In this document: in pieces, positions 6,015 through 12,546 of the stretch
Layout of the letters: every line of letters starts with the position of its first letter
How positions within the stretch are numbered: the first letter of the stretch is position 1
Virus record (IMG/VR): IMGVR_UViG_3300034118_000426
Source of the DNA: an uncultured virus (IMG/VR IMGVR_UViG_3300034118_000426)
Lineage: Duplodnaviria > Heunggongvirae > Uroviricota > Caudoviricetes
DNA length: 61,152 bases
Direction: 5' to 3' (one strand)
Translations under genes and position numbers: made by a program
Notes under the pieces: model-generated
What the model saw: only the letters and a program-made list of their open reading frames with translations
Databases searched by the model: none
What the model was told of the DNA's origin: nothing

Positions 6015-6111
6015 GATGGAGTAAGCGTAATACACCTCAAGGATGTAACAGAGGCTTACCCTCTATCTCGCTACGGCATTCTGGATTATCAGCTCCAGCG
6101 CAAGTAGCAAC
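6015..6111 (-). ncRNA. 97-nt structured RNA, copy 1 (repeat of 9619-9715)
   Basis: Near-identical repeat directly 3' of tRNA-Asn; the differences between copies preserve base pairs. Confidence 0.75.
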
Positions 6112-6183
6112 TCCCCCACCTGGACTCGAACCAGGAACCCCAGAGTTAACAGCTCCGTGCTCTGCCAATTGAGCTATAAGGGA
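6111..6183 (-). tRNA. tRNA-Asn(GTT)
   Basis: CGGAG-CTGTTAA-CTCTG. Confidence 0.92.
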
Positions 6184-6189
6184 ATGAAA

Positions 6190-6360
6190 TCAGGATTGCT
6201 TACAATCCATCATGTATTCTACAGTATTTGCTATGTCATTCATAGCATCACGTAGATGTGGTTGTTGACCACTTTCTTGTCTAACCATTGGGCGATGGTT
6301 ATCGGTAAGAGACCAGCGCCATTGCTTTACAATAGCACAATACCATAGATTAATTTTCAT
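6190..6360 (-). CDS. Cyanophage-type hypothetical protein
   Basis: MKINLWYCAIVKQWRWSLTD...QESGQQPHLRDAMNDIANTVEY. Confidence 0.75.
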   Translation of the reverse strand: MKINLWYCAIVKQWRWSLTDNHRPMVRQESGQQPHLRDAMNDIANTVEYMMDCKQS

Positions 6361-6520
6361 GTTTGAAATATTCAAGTCTAATCCAGTTGAGAAGGGCATT
6401 GATTTCAAATGACGAATGATTTGGTGTGCCCAGATAATACTCAGTATTCTCTGCGTCGGCAACATATTTTTCAAGAGCTGCTATGGCAACTTCTCTGTCT
6501 CTTTGTGAAATAAGTGACAT
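6350..6520 (-). CDS. Hypothetical protein
   Basis: MSLISQRDREVAIAALEKY...LLNWIRLE; ATAAATA and GAGG upstream. Confidence 0.7.
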   Translation of the reverse strand: MSLISQRDREVAIAALEKYVADAENTEYYLGTPNHSSFEINALLNWIRLEYFKHEN

Positions 6521-6542
6521 GTTATTTATCCTCAAGGATAAG

Positions 6543-6614
6543 AGCGGGGTATCGGAATCGAACCGACGACATCTAACTTGGAAGGATAGCGTTCTACCGC
6601 TGAACTAACCCCGC
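6543..6614 (-). tRNA. tRNA-Gly(TCC)
   Basis: CTATC-CTTCCAA-GTTAG; GCG 5' end; U73. Confidence 0.92.
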
Positions 6615-6616
6615 AG

Positions 6617-6853
6617 ATGCTCTCTGCTACACTATGTATCTGCTACGATACCATGTAGTTTTGAGCAAACCCAACATATTGGGTTGCAATCTCCAGTTTT
6701 TCATGCCTTTGATTGCGTGATAGAGGCTTGATTGCGAAAGGCAATCTGTTTGAGCATATCATAACGACCGTGCCAATCTCGGACTAGGCTAACTTAATAC
6801 TACCTGGCCAGATAGTTGGCGTCTTTCTAGGCTATCTGCCTAACGACTACCAA
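6617..6853 (-). ncRNA. Unnamed multi-hairpin non-coding region between tRNA-Leu and tRNA-Gly
   Basis: TAGGC/GCCTA, GATTGC/GCAATC and AACCCAA/TTGGGTT hairpins; ATGCTC/GAGCAT closing stem; no ORF in track. Confidence 0.5.
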
Positions 6854-6934
6854 TGTCGCTGAAAGGACTTGAACCTTCACGTTAAAAACACTGGAACCTA
6901 AACCCAGCGCGTCTACCAATTCCGCCACAGCGAC
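6854..6934 (-). tRNA. tRNA-Leu(TAG)
   Basis: CTGGG-TTTAGGT-TCCAG; variable arm. Confidence 0.92.
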
Positions 6935-6938
6935 GTGG

Positions 6939-7012
6939 GGGCGGGAGTGGGATTTGAACCCACGACCTGCGGCTTATGAGACCGCTGAACTACCAGACTG
7001 TTCCATCCCGCG
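6939..7012 (-). tRNA. Initiator-type tRNA-Met(CAT)
   Basis: C1 x C72 mismatch, A11-U24, CGCGGG 5' end; GCGGT-CTCATAA-GCCGC. Confidence 0.85.
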
Positions 7013-7023
7013 TTGACCCCCAT

Positions 7024-7053
7024 ATTATATATGAGGGAAGTGGGGGTTGTCAA
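7024..7053 (-). promoter_or_regulatory. Sigma70 promoter for a tRNA sub-operon
   Basis: TTGACA-N18-TATAAT; similar to 9816-9845. Confidence 0.75.
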
Positions 7054-7065
7054 TCCCCCCGTTGC

Positions 7066-7157
7066 TCGGCTCGCCACCTGCCCTTTGACCAGAGGCAGGA
7101 AACTGGGCGGGAGTAACCCCATCCGCACCACCAGTTTTTGAGAGAAACTGGAAACTC
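7066..7157 (-). ncRNA. wcaG-like RNA motif
   Basis: Hairpins each followed by UGGYG (CCAGTTT/AAACTGG then TGGTGCGG; CCTGCC/GGCAGG then TGGCGAGC), the described wcaG signature in cyanophages. Confidence 0.65.
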
Positions 7158-7195
7158 ATGAAGGGGGACTTCACCCGACCAGGGCAAGTTTAGTG

Positions 7196-7390
7196 TCATT
7201 CCGAGACAGGTTGAGGAATCAAATCCTCGTATGCAGCTTCTACTGCTTTTTCAAAATCGTCGAAAGGTCCGTGGTTTACTTCATTATAGACATAATAATA
7301 TTTGTCTTCCACTTCCAAAACATCGAAGTAAGTAATAACTTCATCATCGTTGTCAAGTTTTTCAACAATTCTCATCTTAACAGGATTCAT
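7196..7390 (-). CDS. Hypothetical acidic protein
   Basis: MNPVKMRIVEK...HGPFDDFEKAVEAA. Confidence 0.7.
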   Translation of the reverse strand: MNPVKMRIVEKLDNDDEVITYFDVLEVEDKYYYVYNEVNHGPFDDFEKAVEAAYEDLIPQPVSE

Positions 7391-7400
7391 ACCTAAGCAT

Positions 7401-7772
7401 TCAAAGGGTAACATTGACTCCACCAGTACTGTTATAGTCCGTCCGTGACTCTGTATAATATGTATAAGGAGCAAATACATTCATATGCTCATTAAACTTT
7501 ACAGGAGTGCTGGCATACTTAAAATCATATTGTACTTTGCCATCTTCTCTTTTGGTTTTGTCAATAGAAATCAAACCTTCCACTGCGGAACCGCCCCTTT
7601 CTTTAGCAGCTGCTTCAATGCGCTCAGCAAACATCGTATTGTCAATTTCAATCAATGCTTTAGAAATCGCAGAGATTACATAAACACTTTCTTTATCAGC
7701 AAACTTAAGTGCTGTGCGTAGAGCATCTTCTGCTCGCTCAAGTTGATACTTTACTGAGTCATTCATCTTCAT
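7401..7772 (-). CDS. Hypothetical protein
   Basis: MKMNDSVKYQLERAEDALRTAL...; AGGAG RBS. Confidence 0.75.
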   Translation of the reverse strand: MKMNDSVKYQLERAEDALRTALKFADKESVYVISAISKALIEIDNTMFAERIEAAAKERGGSAVEGLISIDKTKREDGKVQYDFKYASTPVKFNEHMNVFAPYTYYTESRTDYNSTGGVNVTL

Positions 7773-8028
7773 CATCGTCATCTCCTTTAATATAGCATGG
7801 AACTGTATCTGGGTCAAGCCACTTAGTATACTCAAAATCCTCAATCGCTGTCATAAACTGCATTTCGTTATCACAGAGATACATGTCACGGTAACGACCA
7901 GTAAACGAACACATCTTCTGAATTCGATAATCTGGTTTGCCGTTAATCTCCAGGATGCCTGCTTGAACGTAGCGATAAGGGAAACGATCAAGAATGGTCT
8001 TCACGCGGTTTGGGTTTGTTACACTCAT
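7759..8028 (-). CDS. Cyanophage-type hypothetical protein
   Basis: RFPYRYVQAG..NGKPDYRIQK..YLCDNEMQF..KWLDP. Confidence 0.8.
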   Translation of the reverse strand: MSVTNPNRVKTILDRFPYRYVQAGILEINGKPDYRIQKMCSFTGRYRDMYLCDNEMQFMTAIEDFEYTKWLDPDTVPCYIKGDDDDEDE

Positions 8029-8203
8029 TACAGTAGTAGGAGAATCCTGTGCGAAAGTATTTTACCACTTGGTAGTGGTCCTTGTCAAGGGGTTGCTCGG
8101 TGTGGCACTTGGAACAGATTCTAGTCCCACCACCAACAGAGATTTGTGAGCGTTGCGAGGAACTGTTCGTGATAGACTGTACGACTCGGATTGGGTTTAC
8201 CAT
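7988..8203 (-). CDS. Small Zn-ribbon protein (start uncertain)
   Basis: CSKC...CNEC. Confidence 0.5.
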   Translation of the reverse strand: MVNPIRVVQSITNSSSQRSQISVGGGTRICSKCHTEQPLDKDHYQVVKYFRTGFSYYCNECNKPKPREDHS

Positions 8204-8708
8204 CTTTCATGTCTTGTAGATACTGGATTATACCACGAACTACTGGGGTGTCTTGGAAGTATTCGTGCATTCGGTAACAATCAAACTTCTCATTGTATTG
8301 AATGAAATCGTGAAGTGGATCCATGTTACGACGGTATCCCCAAATGAATACATCTTCATCTTTGATGCCATGTTTGTTGATGATTTCTAATGGATAAAAC
8401 TTTTGTCCATCTTCATCTTTCACAGCATCTTCTTCCCTTTCTTCTGTATCAAACTTGAAATGAAGACCATCATAATACTTTTCATGTAACTCTTCATCTG
8501 GTGCTACACGAACTCGCTCATTCTTTGCCATGATATATTCCATGCGACCTTTGGCATCCTCGTTAGTCAAACGGAATACAATATTGCCAATGTAGTAATG
8601 TACGGGACCACCATAGAGGTGAGAAGATTCCCGTCTCCTGAATGATAGATGAGTAATCTCAAATCCAGGGTCTTCGTGTTCAGTTTCAACTAATCCTTGT
8701 GAAATCAT
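8121..8708 (-). CDS. Hypothetical protein
   Basis: 195-aa ORF coupled (ATGA) to the upstream gene. Confidence 0.8.
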   Translation of the reverse strand: MISQGLVETEHEDPGFEITHLSFRRRESSHLYGGPVHYYIGNIVFRLTNEDAKGRMEYIMAKNERVRVAPDEELHEKYYDGLHFKFDTEEREEDAVKDEDGQKFYPLEIINKHGIKDEDVFIWGYRRNMDPLHDFIQYNEKFDCYRMHEYFQDTPVVRGIIQYLQDMKDGKPNPSRTVYHEQFLATLTNLCWWWD

Positions 8709-8908
8709 AGTTCAAAATTGTCGAGGTCTTTACCAGATTTGATATGCTGCTTGCGAAGTTTTTTTAGTTCCTTCATCATGTCTTTAATCTCTTTGTATGC
8801 TTCATCAGCATTCATTTTACCACCAACTTCTAAACCAACGATAAGTTCTACTTTGTCACCGAATCTAGCAAGGGCTCGCTCAAATTCAGTAAGTGTTTCG
8901 TAACCCAT
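8705..8908 (-). CDS. Conserved cyanobacterial/cyanophage-type small protein
   Basis: FERALARFGDKVELIVGLEVGGKMNADEAYKEIK; GAGG RBS before the ATG at 8908. Confidence 0.8.
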   Translation of the reverse strand: MGYETLTEFERALARFGDKVELIVGLEVGGKMNADEAYKEIKDMMKELKKLRKQHIKSGKDLDNFEL

Positions 8909-8932
8909 AATAACCTCATGTGTTTGTTTATA

Positions 8933-9025
8933 TAGGGGCGGAGGGACTCGAACCCCCAACCGCACGGTAATCTGCCGTATACGAAAGGTATAAGCTTTCC
9001 GCTCTGCCAATTGAGCTACACCCCC
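8933..9025 (-). tRNA. tRNA-Ile(TAT) with a long variable arm
   Basis: GAAAG-CTTATAC-CTTTC; 25-nt variable region with TACGG/CCGTG stem; A73. Confidence 0.8.
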
Positions 9026-9032
9026 GTAAATA

Positions 9033-9105
9033 TGGAGAATAGCGGACTCGAACCGCTGACATTCGCCTTGCAAAGGCGCTACTCTACCAACTGAGTTAAT
9101 TCCCC
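9033..9105 (-). tRNA. tRNA-Ala(TGC)
   Basis: G3-U70; loop TTTGCAA. Confidence 0.93.
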
Positions 9106-9252
9106 TTGTATTCGCTCATAGTATGAATATGGAAGAAGCATAACATCAGAACCATTAGCAGTCGTAATAATAAAACTTTCTTTATTGAGCATCACAGCAT
9201 CCATAATCTCATCAAAGTCGTGGCAAAAAGTTTCTTCTGTAATCGTTTTCAT
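9079..9252 (-). CDS. Phd/YefM-like antitoxin-fold protein
   Basis: MKTITEETFCHDFDEIMDAVMLNKESFIITTANGSDVMLLPYSYYE fits the Phd/YefM pattern; 3' end runs into tRNA-Ala. Confidence 0.65.
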   Translation of the reverse strand: MKTITEETFCHDFDEIMDAVMLNKESFIITTANGSDVMLLPYSYYERIQGELTQLVE

Positions 9253-9521
9253 ACCATACACTCCATGTCTTTTTCTTCTTGTAGGCAACCGATACTAGTT
9301 AAATATTCGATGGTTTCATTACATCCTCCCATCAGATGACCATCAAGAGTCACACGAGGAAAAGTAGCACCTTCACCAAACTTATTATAGAATGCTTCCC
9401 TATTGAAGTCAACATCCAGTTTATACTGCGTGTATTTGACAGTAAAACTATCAAGGATGACCTTGAGCTTACGACAATATTCACAGTTATCTCTTGTGTA
9501 AATAACCAGTTGCGAAATCAT
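9249..9521 (-). CDS. nrdC: Glutaredoxin
   Basis: CEYC, TFPRV, GGCNE. Confidence 0.9.
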   Translation of the reverse strand: MISQLVIYTRDNCEYCRKLKVILDSFTVKYTQYKLDVDFNREAFYNKFGEGATFPRVTLDGHLMGGCNETIEYLTSIGCLQEEKDMECMV

Positions 9522-9542
9522 TAATGTCTCCTAAAAGAAGAA

Positions 9543-9616
9543 TCGGCGTGGCAGGATTTGAACCTGCGACCTTCTGCTCCCAAAGCAGTTGCGCTACCAA
9601 GCTGCGCTACACACCG
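9543..9616 (-). tRNA. tRNA-Pro(TGG)
   Basis: CGG 5' end; loop TTTGGGA. Confidence 0.92.
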
Positions 9617-9618
9617 TT

Positions 9619-9715
9619 GATGGAGTAAGCGTAATATACCTCAAGGATATAACAGAGGCTTACCCTCTATCTTGCTACGGCATTCTGGATTATCAGCTCC
9701 AGCGCAAGTAGCAAC
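9619..9715 (-). ncRNA. 97-nt structured RNA, copy 2
   Basis: Repeat of 6015-6111 between tRNA-Ser(TGA) and tRNA-Pro. Confidence 0.75.
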
Positions 9716-9799
9716 GGAAGTGGTAGGATTCGAACCCACGATGGCTTTCACCATGCTTGTTTTCAAGACAAGTTCCTTCAACCACTCGGACACACTTCC
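9715..9799 (-). tRNA. tRNA-Ser(TGA)
   Basis: CTTGT-CTTGAAA-ACAAG; variable arm; G73. Confidence 0.93.
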
Positions 9800-9815
9800 A
9801 TTTGTTGACCTCCAT

Positions 9816-9845
9816 ATTATATAGGAGGTCTGGGGGGTCTGTCAA
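9816..9845 (-). promoter_or_regulatory. Sigma70 promoter for a tRNA sub-operon
   Basis: TTGACA-N18-TATAAT. Confidence 0.75.
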
Positions 9846-9858
9846 CCCCCCACGGTCA

Positions 9859-10737
9859 TCAGAATTTGATGCCGAGACCCGTGGTAAACACAGGCGAGTA
9901 GGTGCCGTTGGTAGCACCGTAGCTGTTAGCAGCGTTGGTGGTAGGGAATTTCAGATCAGCAAAACCAACGAGGGAGTTGGTGATACGACCTTCAAGACCA
10001 ATAGCAAGCACAGCTTGTCCACGATTACCAACTGCCGATTGGAAGTTAGCATCAGAGTTGTTAACAAAAGGCACTTGATAACCAGCAGCAGCATAGATGT
10101 TAGCGGCGCTTACACCTGCCTTGCGAGCGATAGACCAGTCATAAGAGACGAGAGCACCACCAGCAGTGCCAATGTTGCCAGAGGGACCAGCAACGGCATT
10201 CAGATAAGGACGAATAGACACAGCATTCTGGTTGCTGAAGTTTTTCACAGCATAGCGAGCCTGGAGGGTAGCACCACCCACAGTCTTCTGAGCGGTCTGA
10301 CCAGCACCAGCAACGCCTTGCTGATTCAGCAGCACACCGAGACCAACGTAGTTGCCAACGCCCTGTGCCTTGCGAGCAGCAGCGACCTCAAGGGCGCTCA
10401 CGCGGGTGTTGGTAGCAGCAATCTCCTTAGCAAACTGAGCGCGTAGAGCAGCAGCCAGAGCAGCGTCAGCGGCGCTCTGATACTCGCTGATACGGTCAAG
10501 GCAAGCGTTAGTGAGAGCGGCGAGCTCAGCACGAGAAGCAGGTTCACCAGGCTTGAAAGTGCCGTTAGGATAACCAGCGACACAACCGTAACGAGAGATC
10601 AGGTTAGAGATAGCTTGATAAGACCAGTCAGTAGGTTGGACATCTTTCAGTTGAGTCACACTGGTAACTTGTGCCATGGCAGGAGCAGCAATAGAAGCAG
10701 CAGCAACACCAGCAGCAATAAATGAACGAATCATCAT
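9859..10737 (-). CDS. SLH-domain outer-membrane protein (cyanobacterial porin-like N-terminus, beta-barrel-like C-terminus)
   Basis: Signal peptide; QLKDVQPTDWSYQAISNLISRYGCVAGYPNGTF..SRAELAALTNACLDRI; C-terminal Phe. Confidence 0.85.
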   Translation of the reverse strand: MMIRSFIAAGVAAASIAAPAMAQVTSVTQLKDVQPTDWSYQAISNLISRYGCVAGYPNGTFKPGEPASRAELAALTNACLDRISEYQSAADAALAAALRAQFAKEIAATNTRVSALEVAAARKAQGVGNYVGLGVLLNQQGVAGAGQTAQKTVGGATLQARYAVKNFSNQNAVSIRPYLNAVAGPSGNIGTAGGALVSYDWSIARKAGVSAANIYAAAGYQVPFVNNSDANFQSAVGNRGQAVLAIGLEGRITNSLVGFADLKFPTTNAANSYGATNGTYSPVFTTGLGIKF

Positions 10738-10781
10738 AGTTTCTTAATGTTTAAACGACATGTCATGCCCGTAATGGGCAA

Positions 10782-10870
10782 CGGAAGTGGTTGGATTCGA
10801 ACCAACGGATGCCCATAAAGACATCGGCGGTTTAGCAAACCGCTGCTTTAGACCTCTCAGCCACACTTCC
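10782..10870 (-). tRNA. tRNA-Ser(GCT)
   Basis: GCGGT-TTGCTAA-ACCGC; variable arm. Confidence 0.93.
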
Positions 10871-10872
10871 AA

Positions 10873-11220
10873 TCACTCAATCACTTCAACATCAACTTGG
10901 TCAATTGATTCATCGAAGTCTTGAACAAACTCGGATGGAGAGAGATCAACAAATTCTTGTTTTAATTTTCTTTCTTCAATTTCTTTTGCTGCTTTATCAA
11001 TCGCATCCCAATCAGGAGCAGATTTCAATTCAACAACATCTGGAAGGGCAGAAGAATATTCTACCACTTCCATGTTGTTTCCACTGTCAACAATTTTTTG
11101 TGGATCTTCTTTGTTGTCAAATTGTTGAGCTTCTTCGATATTAGTTGACCACAATTTTCCTGGTTCGGTATTACCAGTCCAGTATCCATTATAACCAACA
11201 ACACGAACAATATATGTCAT
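10873..11220 (-). CDS. Hypothetical acidic protein (paralog of 11237-11527)
   Basis: MTYIVRVVGYNGYWTGN; GGAGG RBS. Confidence 0.75.
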   Translation of the reverse strand: MTYIVRVVGYNGYWTGNTEPGKLWSTNIEEAQQFDNKEDPQKIVDSGNNMEVVEYSSALPDVVELKSAPDWDAIDKAAKEIEERKLKQEFVDLSPSEFVQDFDESIDQVDVEVIE

Positions 11221-11236
11221 AATAAATTCCTCCAAA

Positions 11237-11527
11237 TCAAGAAGCTAGTTTTCTTAGATCTTCTACTGATAGTGGTGATTCTTCTACCACAGTTTCTTCA
11301 GATACTTCTTCTGTTTCTACTACAGGAAGTTCTACCGAGAGAGCATCCTCAGACTTTACCGCATTAAGAGTCGAATATCCATGAGACTCAGCAATTTCCT
11401 TGAGTTCTTTTTCTGCTTCTTTCTTGGTAGCGTACTCTTTTGCTTCCGCAGCTTGATTTACAAAAACAGCTTCTGGATTGCCAGACCAGTAAGTTGGGTT
11501 TTCTCCTACTCTAATTAGATAAGCCAT
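11237..11527 (-). CDS. Hypothetical acidic protein
   Basis: MAYLIRVGENPTYWSGN; late promoter TATAAATA upstream. Confidence 0.75.
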   Translation of the reverse strand: MAYLIRVGENPTYWSGNPEAVFVNQAAEAKEYATKKEAEKELKEIAESHGYSTLNAVKSEDALSVELPVVETEEVSEETVVEESPLSVEDLRKLAS

Positions 11528-11571
11528 ATTTTTATTTAAACAATACGTTTATTCTATCCTATTTATACCAA

Positions 11572-11829
11572 TCAACGAATTTCAAAATCCAATTTCCTTG
11601 GTATCCTTTTAGTATAACCTGATGCCAAAGGAATGTCAAGCTTCTTTTCTTTCGGTTTTCCGATCCCATCAATAGCAGTTACTAATGAAAGGTCGTTGCC
11701 TGTAATGATAGGAAGACCATTCCTATCTAGCCTCAAAAGCGTATGATTATCACAACCACACGCTTTACTTTTATTTGCTTGGTATACTTCTATCTCTACG
11801 CCACATGCGTTACATCTTATCTTTGCCAT
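11572..11829 (-). CDS. Zn-finger hypothetical protein
   Basis: CNAC...CGC..., RKLDFEIR. Confidence 0.75.
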   Translation of the reverse strand: MAKIRCNACGVEIEVYQANKSKACGCDNHTLLRLDRNGLPIITGNDLSLVTAIDGIGKPKEKKLDIPLASGYTKRIPRKLDFEIR

Positions 11830-12037
11830 TTTCTTTTAACCATTCCATCATTTCTTTTTGCATTTTCTTTGATTCCTTATCAAGTTGTCGTTTCATATTC
11901 CTTGCCATGTTCCAACGAATGAAGTTAATATGGAGTAATTTTAATCTAAGATTAATATACTCTGGAACATTTGGATCCTGCCATATGATATAAATCATGG
12001 CACAGATTAGTATTAAAGAAATATAATATGTATTCAT
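11810..12037 (-). CDS. Small membrane protein
   Basis: N-terminal TM segment then DPNV. Confidence 0.7.
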   Translation of the reverse strand: MNTYYISLILICAMIYIIWQDPNVPEYINLRLKLLHINFIRWNMARNMKRQLDKESKKMQKEMMEWLKENGKDKM

Positions 12038-12045
12038 AGTTTATA

Positions 12046-12117
12046 TGGGCGATACTGGAATCGAACCAGTGACAGCTTGCTTGTAAGGCAAGAGCTCTAC
12101 CGCTGAGCTAATCGCCC
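12046..12117 (-). tRNA. tRNA-Val(TAC)
   Basis: CTTGC-CTTACAA-GCAAG. Confidence 0.93.
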
Positions 12118-12416
12118 TGCCTAAGTTCTACGTGAACTTCACGATGACAGTTAGCACAAAGTATAGCACATTTGTCTAGTTCTGTCATTATCTTTTCCCA
12201 ACTCCAAAGACGCATCTTATTCCAAGCTGCTTCTTTTTGTGTAGGGTCGAGATGGTGGAACTCTAAAACCTCTGAGTATTTATCATACCCACAACGTTCG
12301 CACTTTCCACCTTTGTATTCTACAGCATCAAGTTTGCGTTGTTGCCATCTTTGAATACAATACTGATTGAAAGATGATTTCTCATCTTCGGTCATCAGTT
12401 TATAAGGTTTTCCCAT
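12108..12416 (-). CDS. HNH endonuclease
   Basis: GGKCERCGY..LEFHHLDP..KCAILCANCHREVH. Confidence 0.9.
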   Translation of the reverse strand: MGKPYKLMTEDEKSSFNQYCIQRWQQRKLDAVEYKGGKCERCGYDKYSEVLEFHHLDPTQKEAAWNKMRLWSWEKIMTELDKCAILCANCHREVHVELRQGD

Positions 12417-12456
12417 TTGCTTAGACCAAATAATTCTAATCTATTTATACGGGAAA

Positions 12457-12528
12457 CAGGCTCACCTGGAATCGAACCAGGGACGACCGCTTAGAAGGCG
12501 GTAGTTATATCCGCTTAACTATGAGCCC
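12457..12528 (-). tRNA. tRNA-Arg(TCT)
   Basis: ACCGC-CTTCTAA-GCGGT; promoter TTGACA-N17-TATAAT at 12541-12569. Confidence 0.92.
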
Positions 12529-12546
12529 GTGTGTAGGATTATTATA

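Noticed and set aside
6015..6111. 97-nt repeat as a hammerhead ribozyme, CRISPR repeat or att site
   Set aside because: CUGAUAA is not the CUGANGA core and there is no matching GAAA; there are only two copies 3.6 kb apart, with no spacers and no cas or integrase gene in the window
9757..10446. 229-aa plus-strand ORF
   Set aside because: Antisense to the SLH/porin-like gene; Ser/Thr-rich shadow translation
4571..12528. Stop-codon reassignment or suppressor tRNAs
   Set aside because: No CUA, UUA or UCA anticodon was found, and core genes end normally at TAA, TAG and TGA
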